This document shows, one piece after another, positions 9,185 to 18,190 of a stretch of 64,000 nucleotides of DNA. The position numbers and the translations under genes are program-made. The stretch comes from Solirubrobacteraceae bacterium (GTDB taxonomy: Bacteria; Actinomycetota; Thermoleophilia; Solirubrobacterales; Solirubrobacteraceae), in assembly GCA_036266805.1 (NCBI GenBank), contig DATAXK010000025.1, positions 54,497-118,496 of the forward strand, in the 5' to 3' direction. Each line of letters opens with the position of its first letter. Positions within the stretch are counted from its first letter, which is position 1. The notes beneath the pieces are model-generated. The model was given only the letters and a program-made list of their open reading frames with translations, searched no databases and was not told the DNA's origin.

Positions 9185-9781
9185 TCAAATCGGGATACCC
9201 CACAGAGGGAACCAACGCTCGAGCTCCGGCTCGATCGGCAGTTCCGAGGCCATCTGCGCCTTCAGTTGCAGCTCGCGCTCTGTGGAGCGTTCGCTGGCCT
9301 GGGTCGAGCTCGAGGAGCCGCCGCTCGAGGCCGGCACGAACGGATACCAAAAGCCGCGCTTGTAGTTGTAGATAAAATAGACAGGCCGGCTCTTGGCGTC
9401 CTTGAAGGCGAACACGGCGCACAACAGTCGCTCGCCATGCCCGGCCGTCTCGATCGAGCTGGACACGGCGTTGATGCCGACAGCCAGGTCTTCTATCGAG
9501 CTGCCATTTAGCACCATCCAGCGATAGCCGAAGCTGTCGTCCTCTGTGTGGACCTTGGTGCCGCTCTCCCCACCGGTAGCCACGACGACTTCTTCCATTT
9601 CCTTGATGACCCCTTCGAACTCGCTTGTCTGCAGCGCCTGGAACACGATCGCCGCGGCGCCGGCGGGCTCGATGTTGTGCTCTGTCTGCAGCGCGATGTA
9701 GGCGGTGGAGATCGCAAACAGGCGGTCGGGGGCCGGCCCCTTGACCTCGTGGCGGCCCGTCAGGATGTCTTTCAGGCCCAC
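9185..9781 (-). CDS. PspA-associated protein PspAB-like
   Basis: MGLKDILTGR...DRLFAISTA...DSFGYRW...YNYKRGFWYPFVP...ELERWFPLW; directly after htpX. Confidence 0.72.
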   Translation of the reverse strand: MGLKDILTGRHEVKGPAPDRLFAISTAYIALQTEHNIEPAGAAAIVFQALQTSEFEGVIKEMEEVVVATGGESGTKVHTEDDSFGYRWMVLNGSSIEDLAVGINAVSSSIETAGHGERLLCAVFAFKDAKSRPVYFIYNYKRGFWYPFVPASSGGSSSSTQASERSTERELQLKAQMASELPIEPELERWFPLWGIPI

Positions 9782-9783
9782 GG

Positions 9784-10698
9784 TCAGGCAGCGCTCTGCA
9801 GCTGAGACTCAAGCCGGCTGAGCGCGTCCAGGCGCTTCTCGAGCGAGGGATGGTCGGAGAAGAGGTTCATCAGCGACTGCTTGGTGCGCGCGGGCACGAT
9901 GAAGAAGGCGCTCATGCCTTCGGCCTGGCGCAGGTCCTGGCTGGGAATGCGTTCGATCGTGCCGCTGATCTTCACAAGCGCCGAGGCCAGCGCGCTCGGA
10001 CGGCCCGTGAGCACCGCCGAGCCACGGTCGGCCGCGAACTCGCGGTAGCGCGAGAGCGCCTGCAGCAGCAGGAAGGAGATCGCGTAGACAAGCACCGACG
10101 CGACCAGCACGAGCAGCGCGCCCTCCTCCTCTTCCTGGTTGCGACCGTAGCCGCCGCCAAAGCCGCCACCGAAGAACAGCGAGAACTGGGCGATCAGCGC
10201 CGCCAACGTCGCGAAGAAGCTGGCCAGCGTCATCACCATCACGTCACGGTTGATCACATGCGTCAGCTCGTGGCCGATCACGCCTTCGAGCTCGGCTGTG
10301 TCGAGCATCCGCAGGATGCCGCTTGTCGCGCACACGGTTGCCTTCTTCTGCGAGCGACCCATCGCGAAGGCGTTGGGCATGGGTGTATCCATCACGCACA
10401 CGCGTGGCTTGGGCAGGTCCGCCTGCACGCACAGCCGCTCGATGATCCCGTGCAGCTCCGGCTGTTCCTCGGGAGTGACCTCTTTGGCTCCAAGCGTCGA
10501 GAGCGCGATCTTGTCCGAGGTGAAGAACTGCATCCCCAGCATGACCAGCGCGATCACGACGATGAAGCCGGCGGCGGCGCCGGCCGCGATCAGGGCGCCG
10601 ACGAACACCACGTAGACGAGTCCGAGCAGGAACATCGTGAACAGCATGCGTGCCTGCAGGCCGCCGTCTTTGCCGAACTCTGAGCTTCGCTTTGCCAT
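9784..10698 (-). CDS. htpX: Zinc metalloprotease HtpX (M48)
   Basis: HELTH zincin, PNAFAMG, SRYREFAADRG, HPSLEKR; start 10698 has TACAAT 8 nt upstream. Confidence 0.92.
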   Translation of the reverse strand: MAKRSSEFGKDGGLQARMLFTMFLLGLVYVVFVGALIAAGAAAGFIVVIALVMLGMQFFTSDKIALSTLGAKEVTPEEQPELHGIIERLCVQADLPKPRVCVMDTPMPNAFAMGRSQKKATVCATSGILRMLDTAELEGVIGHELTHVINRDVMVMTLASFFATLAALIAQFSLFFGGGFGGGYGRNQEEEEGALLVLVASVLVYAISFLLLQALSRYREFAADRGSAVLTGRPSALASALVKISGTIERIPSQDLRQAEGMSAFFIVPARTKQSLMNLFSDHPSLEKRLDALSRLESQLQSAA

Positions 10699-10753
10699 CT
10701 GGGTTGATTGTAGAGTCCGCCGGGCGCCGGTGTCGCCGTCCGCCAGACAGTCC

Positions 10754-10848
10754 TGTTTGCGCTGTGGCGAATCGCCCCGCGCCGTTGCGTATGTTTGCGC
10801 TGCGGCGAATTGCACGCGCCGCGGCGAATCGTCACGCGCCGTTGCGTA
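10754..10848. repeat. Imperfect tandem repeat in the htpX-lgt divergent spacer
   Basis: TGTTTGCGCTG at 10754 and 10792; GGCGAAT three times; CGCGCCGTTGCGTA twice. Confidence 0.75.
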
Positions 10849-10889
10849 GAGTCCCGTGTAATGCACGCCCTCGAGGAGCGACACAAGCC

Positions 10890-11708
10890 GTGAAGCCGGA
10901 AGTTCTCATCTTCGGCATCTCGATCAAGACGTTCGGCGTCACGTTCGCGATCTGCTTCCTGGTCTGCGGCGCGATCGTCGCGCGTCGCCTGCGCGAGCTC
11001 GGCAAGCCGGTGGACTGGGCGTATGAGATCGTGTTCGCCGCTCTTATCGGGGGTTTGCTCGGAGCGCGCGGCTACTTCATCGTGCAGAACTACGGCGAAG
11101 TCAAGAACGACCTGTTCGGACACATCTTCTCCGGGTCTGGTTTGGTCTGGTATGGCGGCGCGATCGGCGGCGCGATCGCCGTGGTGGCTTGGATGCGCTG
11201 GCGCGACATGCTCAACCTGGCCGCCGTCGATATGTGCGCAACCGTGCTGGCGCTCGGCTATGGGATTGGGCGGATCGGCTGTCAGGTCTCCGGCGACGGC
11301 GACTACGGCATCCGCTCGAAACTGCCCTGGGCAATGGGCTATCCGCATGGCACGGTGCCAACGCCGCCGGGTGTGACCGTGCAGCCGACGCCGATCTACG
11401 AGACCGTCTCGATGTGCCTGCTCGCCTATGTCCTGTGGCAGTTGCGCGATCGTGTGCGGCCAGGAGTCATCTTTGGGCTGTACTTGGTGCTCAGCGGTTT
11501 GGAGCGGCTGCTGGTGGAGTTCGTGCGGCGCAACAAAGAGATCTTCGCGGGCTTGACCGCGCCGCAGTTGGAGAGCATCGTGCTGATGGCAATCGGCGTG
11601 GTTCTGCTCTGGGTGTTGACTCGTAGTGGGGGCTGGGCGGCACCGGGCAGGGGCCGTGGTGTCTCCGTTTCGGGTCGCCCCCCGCGTGCGCGCGCGAGCA
11701 CGGCTTGA
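10890..11708 (+). CDS. lgt: Prolipoprotein diacylglyceryl transferase
   Basis: GARGY, GLVWYGG, GRIGC, PTPIYE, RLLVEFVR; GTG start at 10890 after GAGGAG. Confidence 0.9.
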   Translation: MKPEVLIFGISIKTFGVTFAICFLVCGAIVARRLRELGKPVDWAYEIVFAALIGGLLGARGYFIVQNYGEVKNDLFGHIFSGSGLVWYGGAIGGAIAVVAWMRWRDMLNLAAVDMCATVLALGYGIGRIGCQVSGDGDYGIRSKLPWAMGYPHGTVPTPPGVTVQPTPIYETVSMCLLAYVLWQLRDRVRPGVIFGLYLVLSGLERLLVEFVRRNKEIFAGLTAPQLESIVLMAIGVVLLWVLTRSGGWAAPGRGRGVSVSGRPPRARASTA

Positions 11709-11870
11709 ACGAAGCCTGGATTAACGAAGCCTGGGGTTAGTGCGAGCGTTACGAACGCCTGAGTTAGCGAGCACCCGCGCGTGCGGGGGGCCATGCCTTT
11801 TTGCACTCCATCGCCAGCTTGTGTGTCGCGCGCCGAGTTCCGTCCCCTGCGAGCCGCCATAATCCAACGC

Positions 11871-13250
11871 ATGGCGACGGGAACTTCTCTTTCGCACGTC
11901 TTCCCACTGGGCAGCCGCCTCAACGAGCGCGGCCGGGTCGAGGTGGGGGGGTGCGACACGATCGAGCTTGCGCGGGAATTCGGCACGCCGGCGTATGTCG
12001 TCGCCGAAGACGATCTACGAGCGCGGGCGCGGGCGTTCGTGCAGGCGGGGTCCGCGGCCGGCCACGAGGACTTCCACGTGGTGTTCGCCTCCAAGGCGTT
12101 CCCGTGCACGGCGGTGCTGAGCCTGTTCGCCGAAGAGGGCCTGTGGTGCGACGTGGCCTCCGGTGGCGAGCTGCATCTTGCTTTGAACGCGGGATTCCCG
12201 CCCGAGCGGATTCTGATGCACGGCAACGCCAAGTCTGAGGCCGAGTTGCGCATGGGTTTGGAGCACGGGATCGGTCTGATCGTGATCGACAACTTCGACG
12301 AGATCGATCGACTCGAGCGACTCATCAATTCTTTCCAGCCGGCGCATGCGCCGGCTGGCCGGGCCGTGCATGCACGGCCCGGGACAACGCCGCATGCGGC
12401 GTTGTCTTCTCGCATAAGAGAAGGGGATGGGCAGCCCATCCTCATAAGGGCTACACCCGACGTCCGAGGAGACACCCACGAGAAGATCTCCACGGGTCAG
12501 GCCGACTCGAAGTTCGGCTTCTCGATGGCCGACATCCCTCTAGCGATCGAGCGCGTGCGGGCGGTTGCGGGTCTGGAGCTGCGGGGCATCCATGCCCACA
12601 TCGGCTCGCAGCTGCTCGAGTTGGAGCCCTACCGTCGCGAGGCCGAGGCGCTCGCGAAGATCGGCGACGGGGTGGGCGGATTCTCCACCTACGATCTCGG
12701 TGGCGGACTCGGCGTCGCATATGCGGAGACCCAGCATCCACCCGATATCGAGGAATGGGTGGGGGCGGTTCTCGGTGCCGCGCACGAGGCCGGGATCGAT
12801 CCCGGCAAGCGCGTGCTGGTCGAGCCGGGGCGCGCGCTCACGGCAAATGCGGGTGTCACCCTCTACACGGTGGAGAGCGTCAAGCGCAACGTCTCCACCT
12901 GGGTGGCGGTCGACGGCGGCATGTCCGACAACCTGCGCCCGATGCTCTACGGCGCCGCCTACGAAGCGCACGTCGTCGATCGCCTCTCCGATCCCGCGAG
13001 CGCCATCGGCTGCGTGCTGGCCGGCAAGCACTGCGAGTCCGGCGACGTTATCGTGCGCGAGGCACTGCTCGAGGACCCAAGGCCTGGAGACGTGATCGTG
13101 ACGCCCGCCACCGGCGCCTACGGGTTTGCGATGGCCAGCAACTACAACGGCGTGCCGCGGCCGCCGGTCGTGTTCTGCAAGGACGGCGAGGCCCGTATCG
13201 TGGTCAGGCGCGAGCGCTTCGAGGATCTCACGGCCCGCGATGTCCTCTGA
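11871..13250 (+). CDS. lysA: Diaminopimelate decarboxylase with a ~30-aa internal insertion
   Basis: FASKAF PLP Lys, DVASGGEL, SKFG, HAHIGSQ, DLGGG, EPGR, AGKHCESGD, GAYG...SNYN; CATAAT 7 nt before ATG 11871. Confidence 0.95.
   Translation: MATGTSLSHVFPLGSRLNERGRVEVGGCDTIELAREFGTPAYVVAEDDLRARARAFVQAGSAAGHEDFHVVFASKAFPCTAVLSLFAEEGLWCDVASGGELHLALNAGFPPERILMHGNAKSEAELRMGLEHGIGLIVIDNFDEIDRLERLINSFQPAHAPAGRAVHARPGTTPHAALSSRIREGDGQPILIRATPDVRGDTHEKISTGQADSKFGFSMADIPLAIERVRAVAGLELRGIHAHIGSQLLELEPYRREAEALAKIGDGVGGFSTYDLGGGLGVAYAETQHPPDIEEWVGAVLGAAHEAGIDPGKRVLVEPGRALTANAGVTLYTVESVKRNVSTWVAVDGGMSDNLRPMLYGAAYEAHVVDRLSDPASAIGCVLAGKHCESGDVIVREALLEDPRPGDVIVTPATGAYGFAMASNYNGVPRPPVVFCKDGEARIVVRRERFEDLTARDVL
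12335..12441. repeat. Array of perfect palindromes and hairpins inside lysA
   Basis: Three abutting perfect 24-bp palindromes at 12335-12358, 12359-12382 and 12383-12406, then two shorter hairpins. Confidence 0.95.
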
Positions 13251-14526
13251 GCGCTCAGCGATGACCTCCGTGCGCCCAGCCCCGTCACCAGAGCGCGCCG
13301 GGGCCGAAGCTGTGCCCTTCAATGTCGGTCTGCTCGGCTTCGGCACTGTTGGTTCGGCTTTCGCCGCGCTGCTGGGGGAGCGCGCCCCTCACATCGAGCG
13401 GCTCACCAGACGCCTGCCGGTACTGGGCGAGGCGCTCACCACCAGCAAAGGGGACTTCGCCCAGGTTCTCGCGTCCTCCGACTTGATCGTCGAGTTGATC
13501 GGCGGGATCGAACCCGCGCGTGAGTACGTGCTCACGTCGCTACAGGCGGGTAAGCACGTCGTCACAGCCAACAAGCAGCTGCTCTCTCAGCACGGCGAGG
13601 AGCTGTTCGACACGGCGCGGGCGAGTGGAGTGCAGCTGCGCTTCGAGGCTGCCGTGGCAGGCGTCGTCCCGGTCATCCGCGTGCTGTGCGAGTCGCTCGC
13701 CGGTGCGCACGTCGAGCGTATCCACGGGATCGTCAACGGCACGACCAACTTCATCTTGAGTGAGATGACCCGTGGCTCCTCCTACGAGCAGGCACTTGCC
13801 GAGGCTCAACGGCAGGGCTACGCCGAGGCCGACCCAAGCGACGACGTGAGCGGACGCGACGCCGCGGCCAAGATGGCGATCCTCGCGCGGCTCGCGTTCG
13901 GCACGCCGGTCCACATCGACCAGGTTCCCTACGAGGGCATCGAGCAGCTGCAAACAGACGATCTGCAGTACGCGCGTGAGCTGGGGCTCGGCCTCAAGCT
14001 GATCGGTACCGCTGAGCGCCGCGACGGTGGGCTGTCGGTGCGTGTGCACCCTGCCTTCCTCTACTCCGGTCACCCGCTGGCTTCGGTCAACGGCCCCTTC
14101 AACGCGGTCACGGTCGAGTCAGACGCGATCACCGAGATCACGATGTCCGGACCGGGGGCCGGGGGACGCCAGACGGCGAGCGCCGTGCTGGGCGACCTCG
14201 TCAGCGCGATGCTCCCGCTGGGCGCGCCCTCCGCGCCACTCGATCCGCTGCCGCTCGTGCGGGATGTCGAGAGTGGCTTCTACATTCACATGGAGGTTGC
14301 CGACACACCTGGCACGCTCGCTTCGATCGCCCAGTTGCTCGGGGAGCAGGGAGCCTCGATCAAGTCTGTTGCCCAGCATGGCCTGGGCGAGCACGCCCGC
14401 CTCGTGATGGTCATCCATCCGCTGTCTGAATCGCGCGTGCGCGAGGCCCTGAAACGCATCGCCGCGCTCGACTTCCTACGCTCAACACCCCGCGCCATTC
14501 GCGTTATCGAAGAGGAGTTCATGTGA
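13240..14526 (+). CDS. hom: Homoserine dehydrogenase with C-terminal ACT domain
   Basis: GLLGFGTVG, VTANK, FEAAVAG, GIVNGTTN, GYAEADP...DAAAK, GPGAGG, ACT-like tail; start 13240 or 13261. Confidence 0.95.
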   Translation: MSSERSAMTSVRPAPSPERAGAEAVPFNVGLLGFGTVGSAFAALLGERAPHIERLTRRLPVLGEALTTSKGDFAQVLASSDLIVELIGGIEPAREYVLTSLQAGKHVVTANKQLLSQHGEELFDTARASGVQLRFEAAVAGVVPVIRVLCESLAGAHVERIHGIVNGTTNFILSEMTRGSSYEQALAEAQRQGYAEADPSDDVSGRDAAAKMAILARLAFGTPVHIDQVPYEGIEQLQTDDLQYARELGLGLKLIGTAERRDGGLSVRVHPAFLYSGHPLASVNGPFNAVTVESDAITEITMSGPGAGGRQTASAVLGDLVSAMLPLGAPSAPLDPLPLVRDVESGFYIHMEVADTPGTLASIAQLLGEQGASIKSVAQHGLGEHARLVMVIHPLSESRVREALKRIAALDFLRSTPRAIRVIEEEFM

Positions 14527-15569
14527 GCAACACGATTTCTATGGGCAAGAGCCACGTGCCGCTGATCGAGCGCTATCGCGATCGTCTGCCCTTCGCCGAG
14601 GACGATCCGATCGTCAGCCTGCAGGAGGGTTCCACGCCGCTGTTGCGCGCGCCCGTGCTCTCGGAGATGGTGGGCGCCAGCGTGCGCCTCAAGCTCGAGG
14701 GAGCCAATCCCACGGGCTCGTTCAAGGACCGCGGCATGACCTGTGCGGTCTCCGCGGCCGTACGCGATGGCGCCAAGGCCGTGATTTGTGCCTCCACGGG
14801 CAACACCGCCGGGAGCGCCGCTGCCTACGCCGCGCGCGCGGGCATCACCTGCGCGGTGATCGTTCCCGAGGGCAAGATCGCCGAAGGCAAGATGGCCCAG
14901 ACGTTGATGCACGGCGCGCGCGTGATCTCGCTCGCCGGCAACTTCGACCAGGCGCTGAAACTCGTGCGCGAGCTGGTCGAGAAGGACCCGATCGTACTCG
15001 TCAACTCCGTCAACGAATTCCGCGTCGAAGGCCAGAAGACGGCGGCTTTCGAGATTCACGAGGATCTCGACGGGCAGCTGGAGGCGCTCTGCATCCCGGT
15101 CGGCAACGCCGGCAACATCACTTCCTACTGGCGCGGCTTCCGCGAGATGGGAGCGACCCCGAGGCTGTTCGGCTTCCAGGCCGAGGGCGCTTCGCCGCTG
15201 GTGCGCGGCACGGCGTTCGAGCACCCTGAAACTGTCGCAAGCGCGATCCGCATCGGTCACCCGGTCCGGGGCGAGGATGCGCTCCTCGCGGTGAGCGAGT
15301 CCGGTGGCGCGATCCGCGCCGTCTCAGACCACGAGATCCTCGCCGCCTACCGGCTCTTGGCCTCCAAGGAAGGCATGTTCTGCGAGCCCGCGTCGGCGGC
15401 GTCGGTCGCCGGCCTGCTCAAGTACGGCACCGACGGCGCAGAGCAGGTCGTGTGCGTGCTCACCGGCCGCGGCATCAAGGACCCGCAGACCGCGATCGAA
15501 CACAACGGCGGCGCCGTGATCCCCTGCCAGCCTGACATCGGCGCGATCGAAGAGGCGGTCCTGAGTTGA
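14523..15569 (+). CDS. thrC: Threonine synthase
   Basis: NPTGSFKDRG, CASTGNT, PVGNAGN, EPASAA; overlaps the hom stop. Confidence 0.95.
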   Translation: MSNTISMGKSHVPLIERYRDRLPFAEDDPIVSLQEGSTPLLRAPVLSEMVGASVRLKLEGANPTGSFKDRGMTCAVSAAVRDGAKAVICASTGNTAGSAAAYAARAGITCAVIVPEGKIAEGKMAQTLMHGARVISLAGNFDQALKLVRELVEKDPIVLVNSVNEFRVEGQKTAAFEIHEDLDGQLEALCIPVGNAGNITSYWRGFREMGATPRLFGFQAEGASPLVRGTAFEHPETVASAIRIGHPVRGEDALLAVSESGGAIRAVSDHEILAAYRLLASKEGMFCEPASAASVAGLLKYGTDGAEQVVCVLTGRGIKDPQTAIEHNGGAVIPCQPDIGAIEEAVLS

Positions 15570-15648
15570 TCGCCGCGAGCGCCCGCGTGCCCCGGCCGCT
15601 CGCGGGCCGCACCGGGGCCGCGGACGAGCACGCGGGGGAGCGCCGCGG

Positions 15649-16500
15649 ATGATTCGCAGGCGGGTCGTGCGCGTGCCCGCGTCCTCCGCCAACCTCGGCC
15701 CGGGCTTTGACTGCTTCGCCGCCGCGCTCGGCTTGCACCTGGAGCTGGAGGTCGCGGAGACCGGCAGCTTCGCCGTCGAGACCGACCTCGACGTTCCGCG
15801 TGGCAAAGACAACCTCTGCGTGCGCGCCTTCGAGAGTCTGCACTCAGCCGACGATTTCACCTTCCGTATCCGCTCGGAGATCCCGCTGACGGGCGGTCTC
15901 GGCTCGAGCGCCTCGGCGATCGTGGCTGGCCTGCTCGCCGCCGACCACCTGTTCGAGCTGGACGTGGACCTGCTGGCGTGCGCGACCGCGATGGAGGGCC
16001 ATCCAGACAACGTCGCGGCGGCGCTCTACGGCGGCTTTGTCATTTGCGCCGACGGCCGAGCGGTGCGTTTCGAGCCGCCCACGGGCCTGGAGGCGCTCGC
16101 GGTCGTGCCCGAGCAGGCTGTGCGTACCAGCGAGGCGCGCGGTGCGCTGCCTGAGCAGGTTCCGATCGAGCAGGCGGTCTTCAACGTGGCCCACGGTGCG
16201 CTACTCACTCTGGGACTCGCGCGCGGCGACTGGGACCTGGTGGCCCGTGGTCTGCACGACAGCCTGCACGAGCAGCGGCGCTCGCACCTGTTCCCGCGCT
16301 CATATGAGCTCGCCCAGCGTGCACGCGACTTCGGTGCGCTGGGTGCCACGATCTCCGGCGCCGGACCCACTGTTTTGTTGTGGTGCTTCTACGAGCACAC
16401 AGGCGCCGTTGTGGAGGCGCTGCGAGGAGAGATCGAGGGCTGGGCAACGCTATTGCGTGCCCCGTTCGAGGCTCAGGGCGCCTATGTGGGGGAGCTATAG
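15649..16500 (+). CDS. thrB: Homoserine kinase
   Basis: VPASSANLGPGFD, GLGSSASA, EGHPDN, ISGAGPT. Confidence 0.95.
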   Translation: MIRRRVVRVPASSANLGPGFDCFAAALGLHLELEVAETGSFAVETDLDVPRGKDNLCVRAFESLHSADDFTFRIRSEIPLTGGLGSSASAIVAGLLAADHLFELDVDLLACATAMEGHPDNVAAALYGGFVICADGRAVRFEPPTGLEALAVVPEQAVRTSEARGALPEQVPIEQAVFNVAHGALLTLGLARGDWDLVARGLHDSLHEQRRSHLFPRSYELAQRARDFGALGATISGAGPTVLLWCFYEHTGAVVEALRGEIEGWATLLRAPFEAQGAYVGEL

Positions 16501-17268
16501 GAGCGCGAGGCGCTCGCGGGCGCCGGCCATGCCCGGCAGGCGCTCGAGGACTTCGTCGGCGACCGCCAAGTAGTCGGCGCCGAGATCGGGGCGGTGGTCG
16601 AGGATCGACGTGGCCCGCTCGGCCGACTCCGCGTAGGCGATCGAACCGCGTATCGGGGTCTCGAAGACCTTCTCGCCGAAGCGCTCTTGCAGCGACGCCT
16701 TCGCCTCGCGGGAGTGCACCGTGCGCATATCGGCCAAGTTCAGCAATATCCCAAGCAACGCGAGCTCGTCGTTGAGGCTGTCGCGCGCAACCTCGATCAC
16801 CTCCATCGCCTGCTCCACTCCCTGCAACGCGAAGTACTGTGCCTCGGCCGTCACCAGCGCGTAGTCGGCCGCCACAAGCGCGTTTACGGTCAGCAGCCCC
16901 AGCGAGGGCGGGCAATCGACAAGCACCACTTCGTACTCGTCTGGCAGCTTCGCAAGCGCTCGCCTCAAGGTCATCTCACGCCCGATCCTGCCGCCGAGCA
17001 TCAACTCGGCCTCGGCCAGATTCAAGCTGGCTGGGATCACTTCCTCGTGGATTGCCTCGGTGGCGGGGCAGGTCCCGGTGAGTACATCGGCAATCGTCGG
17101 ATCGCTGTCCGGCGGCAAGTCGAAGTAGTCCGACAGGTTGCCCTGCGGGTCGAGATCGATCGCCAACGTCTTCACCTCGATCCGGCGCAACACGTCGGTG
17201 AGCGTGCGCACCGTCGTCGTCTTGCCGGTGCCGCCCTTCTGCGAGAGCACAGCGATTGTCTGGGCCAT
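16495..17268 (-). CDS. ParA/Soj family ATPase
   Basis: QKGGTGKTT, IDLDPQGN, VDCPPSLG, NALVAAD; TACCAT 7 nt before ATG. Confidence 0.92.
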   Translation of the reverse strand: MAQTIAVLSQKGGTGKTTTVRTLTDVLRRIEVKTLAIDLDPQGNLSDYFDLPPDSDPTIADVLTGTCPATEAIHEEVIPASLNLAEAELMLGGRIGREMTLRRALAKLPDEYEVVLVDCPPSLGLLTVNALVAADYALVTAEAQYFALQGVEQAMEVIEVARDSLNDELALLGILLNLADMRTVHSREAKASLQERFGEKVFETPIRGSIAYAESAERATSILDHRPDLGADYLAVADEVLERLPGMAGARERLALL

Positions 17269-17377
17269 GGGGCCGATGGTACGTGGAATGGGCGTTGGCG
17301 GGACTCAGGGCCTACAGTCGCCGCTCAGGCTCAGGGTCCCGGGCGGGGGCAGAGCTCGATCACGGACGACCCGGCGC

Positions 17378-17947
17378 TCAGGCCCGCGCCAGCAACGGCG
17401 GACGCTGCGTACGCTCGCCCGGCACGCTCACGAACGTGAGTCGATAGCGGCCGACCAGGATCTCGTCACCGTCGTTCAAGGGTCGCCACTCGACGCGCTC
17501 GCCGTTGACGAAAACACCGTTGAGGCTACGGTCGTCGAGCACTCTCACGCCATCGGCCTGGCGCACGACGAGCGCGTGGCGGCGGGAGACGGTCGGATCG
17601 TCGAAGCGCACGTCGGCGGCGAGGCTGCGCCCGATGCGTGTCCACTCGCGCGTGAGTGCGACCGTCCTCGACTCCTCGCCATCGTCATACAGCAGGTACT
17701 CGCCCGGCTCGATCAGATCTTCGCGGGCGCGGGCGATCCACTCCTGTGGCTCATGGACGTGTGGTTGCGCATGAGCCTCAACGGGACTGACGGCCGCGTT
17801 GAACAGCGAAGCCCTGACGAAGTCGTGCCCGCCACAGTCCGGACAGTCGCGCAGTGCGTCCAACGACGTGAGGGTCAATACGTATCCGCATCCCTGGCAG
17901 CGGAACGATCCGGTACCAGCCATCGTGCCCGAAATATGCGACTCCAT
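17378..17947 (-). CDS. Zn-ribbon plus FHA domain protein
   Basis: CQGC...CPDC N-terminus; FHA motifs IGRS, VSRRH, SLNGVFVNG. Confidence 0.88.
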   Translation of the reverse strand: MESHISGTMAGTGSFRCQGCGYVLTLTSLDALRDCPDCGGHDFVRASLFNAAVSPVEAHAQPHVHEPQEWIARAREDLIEPGEYLLYDDGEESRTVALTREWTRIGRSLAADVRFDDPTVSRRHALVVRQADGVRVLDDRSLNGVFVNGERVEWRPLNDGDEILVGRYRLTFVSVPGERTQRPPLLARA

Positions 17948-18100
17948 ATTGCGCTACCCCTTCCTCTCGTTCCCGGAGGGTTTGGGAACTTTCTACAGGG
18001 TGGAATCCGGCGAAATCATAACGAAGCTGTCAAGTGAGCTTGTAAGGAGCAGGTGAACGAGGTGCTCCATCGTTGCCTGCACTTAGTCGCTGATCCCAGC

Positions 18101-18126
18101 ATACCCCTCCGATTCGGCAGTCAAAC
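18101..18126 (-). promoter_or_regulatory. SigB/SigF-type promoter GTTT-N16-GGGTAT facing the FHA gene
   Basis: Plus strand ATACCC at 18101-18106 and AAAC at 18123-18126; matches the mycobacterial SigF consensus GTTT-N15-17-GGGTAT. Confidence 0.55.
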
Positions 18127-18190
18127 GAATGCCGCCGAAAGATCAATGAAGAGTGCAGGATCCAGCACGACCCTGGCGAAAGTAGGCCCC

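Noticed and set aside
10699-10889. N-terminal extensions of HtpX (to 10884) and Lgt (from 10650) in the ORF track
   Set aside because: They overlap each other and translate the tandem repeat; better starts exist with -10 or RBS support
11709-11870. Lysine riboswitch or T-box upstream of lysA
   Set aside because: No recognisable aptamer motifs, and lysA appears leaderless (CATAAT 7 nt before ATG)
15570-15648. GC-rich hairpin between thrC and thrB as an attenuator
   Set aside because: No leader peptide or U-tract; ordinary intra-operon stem
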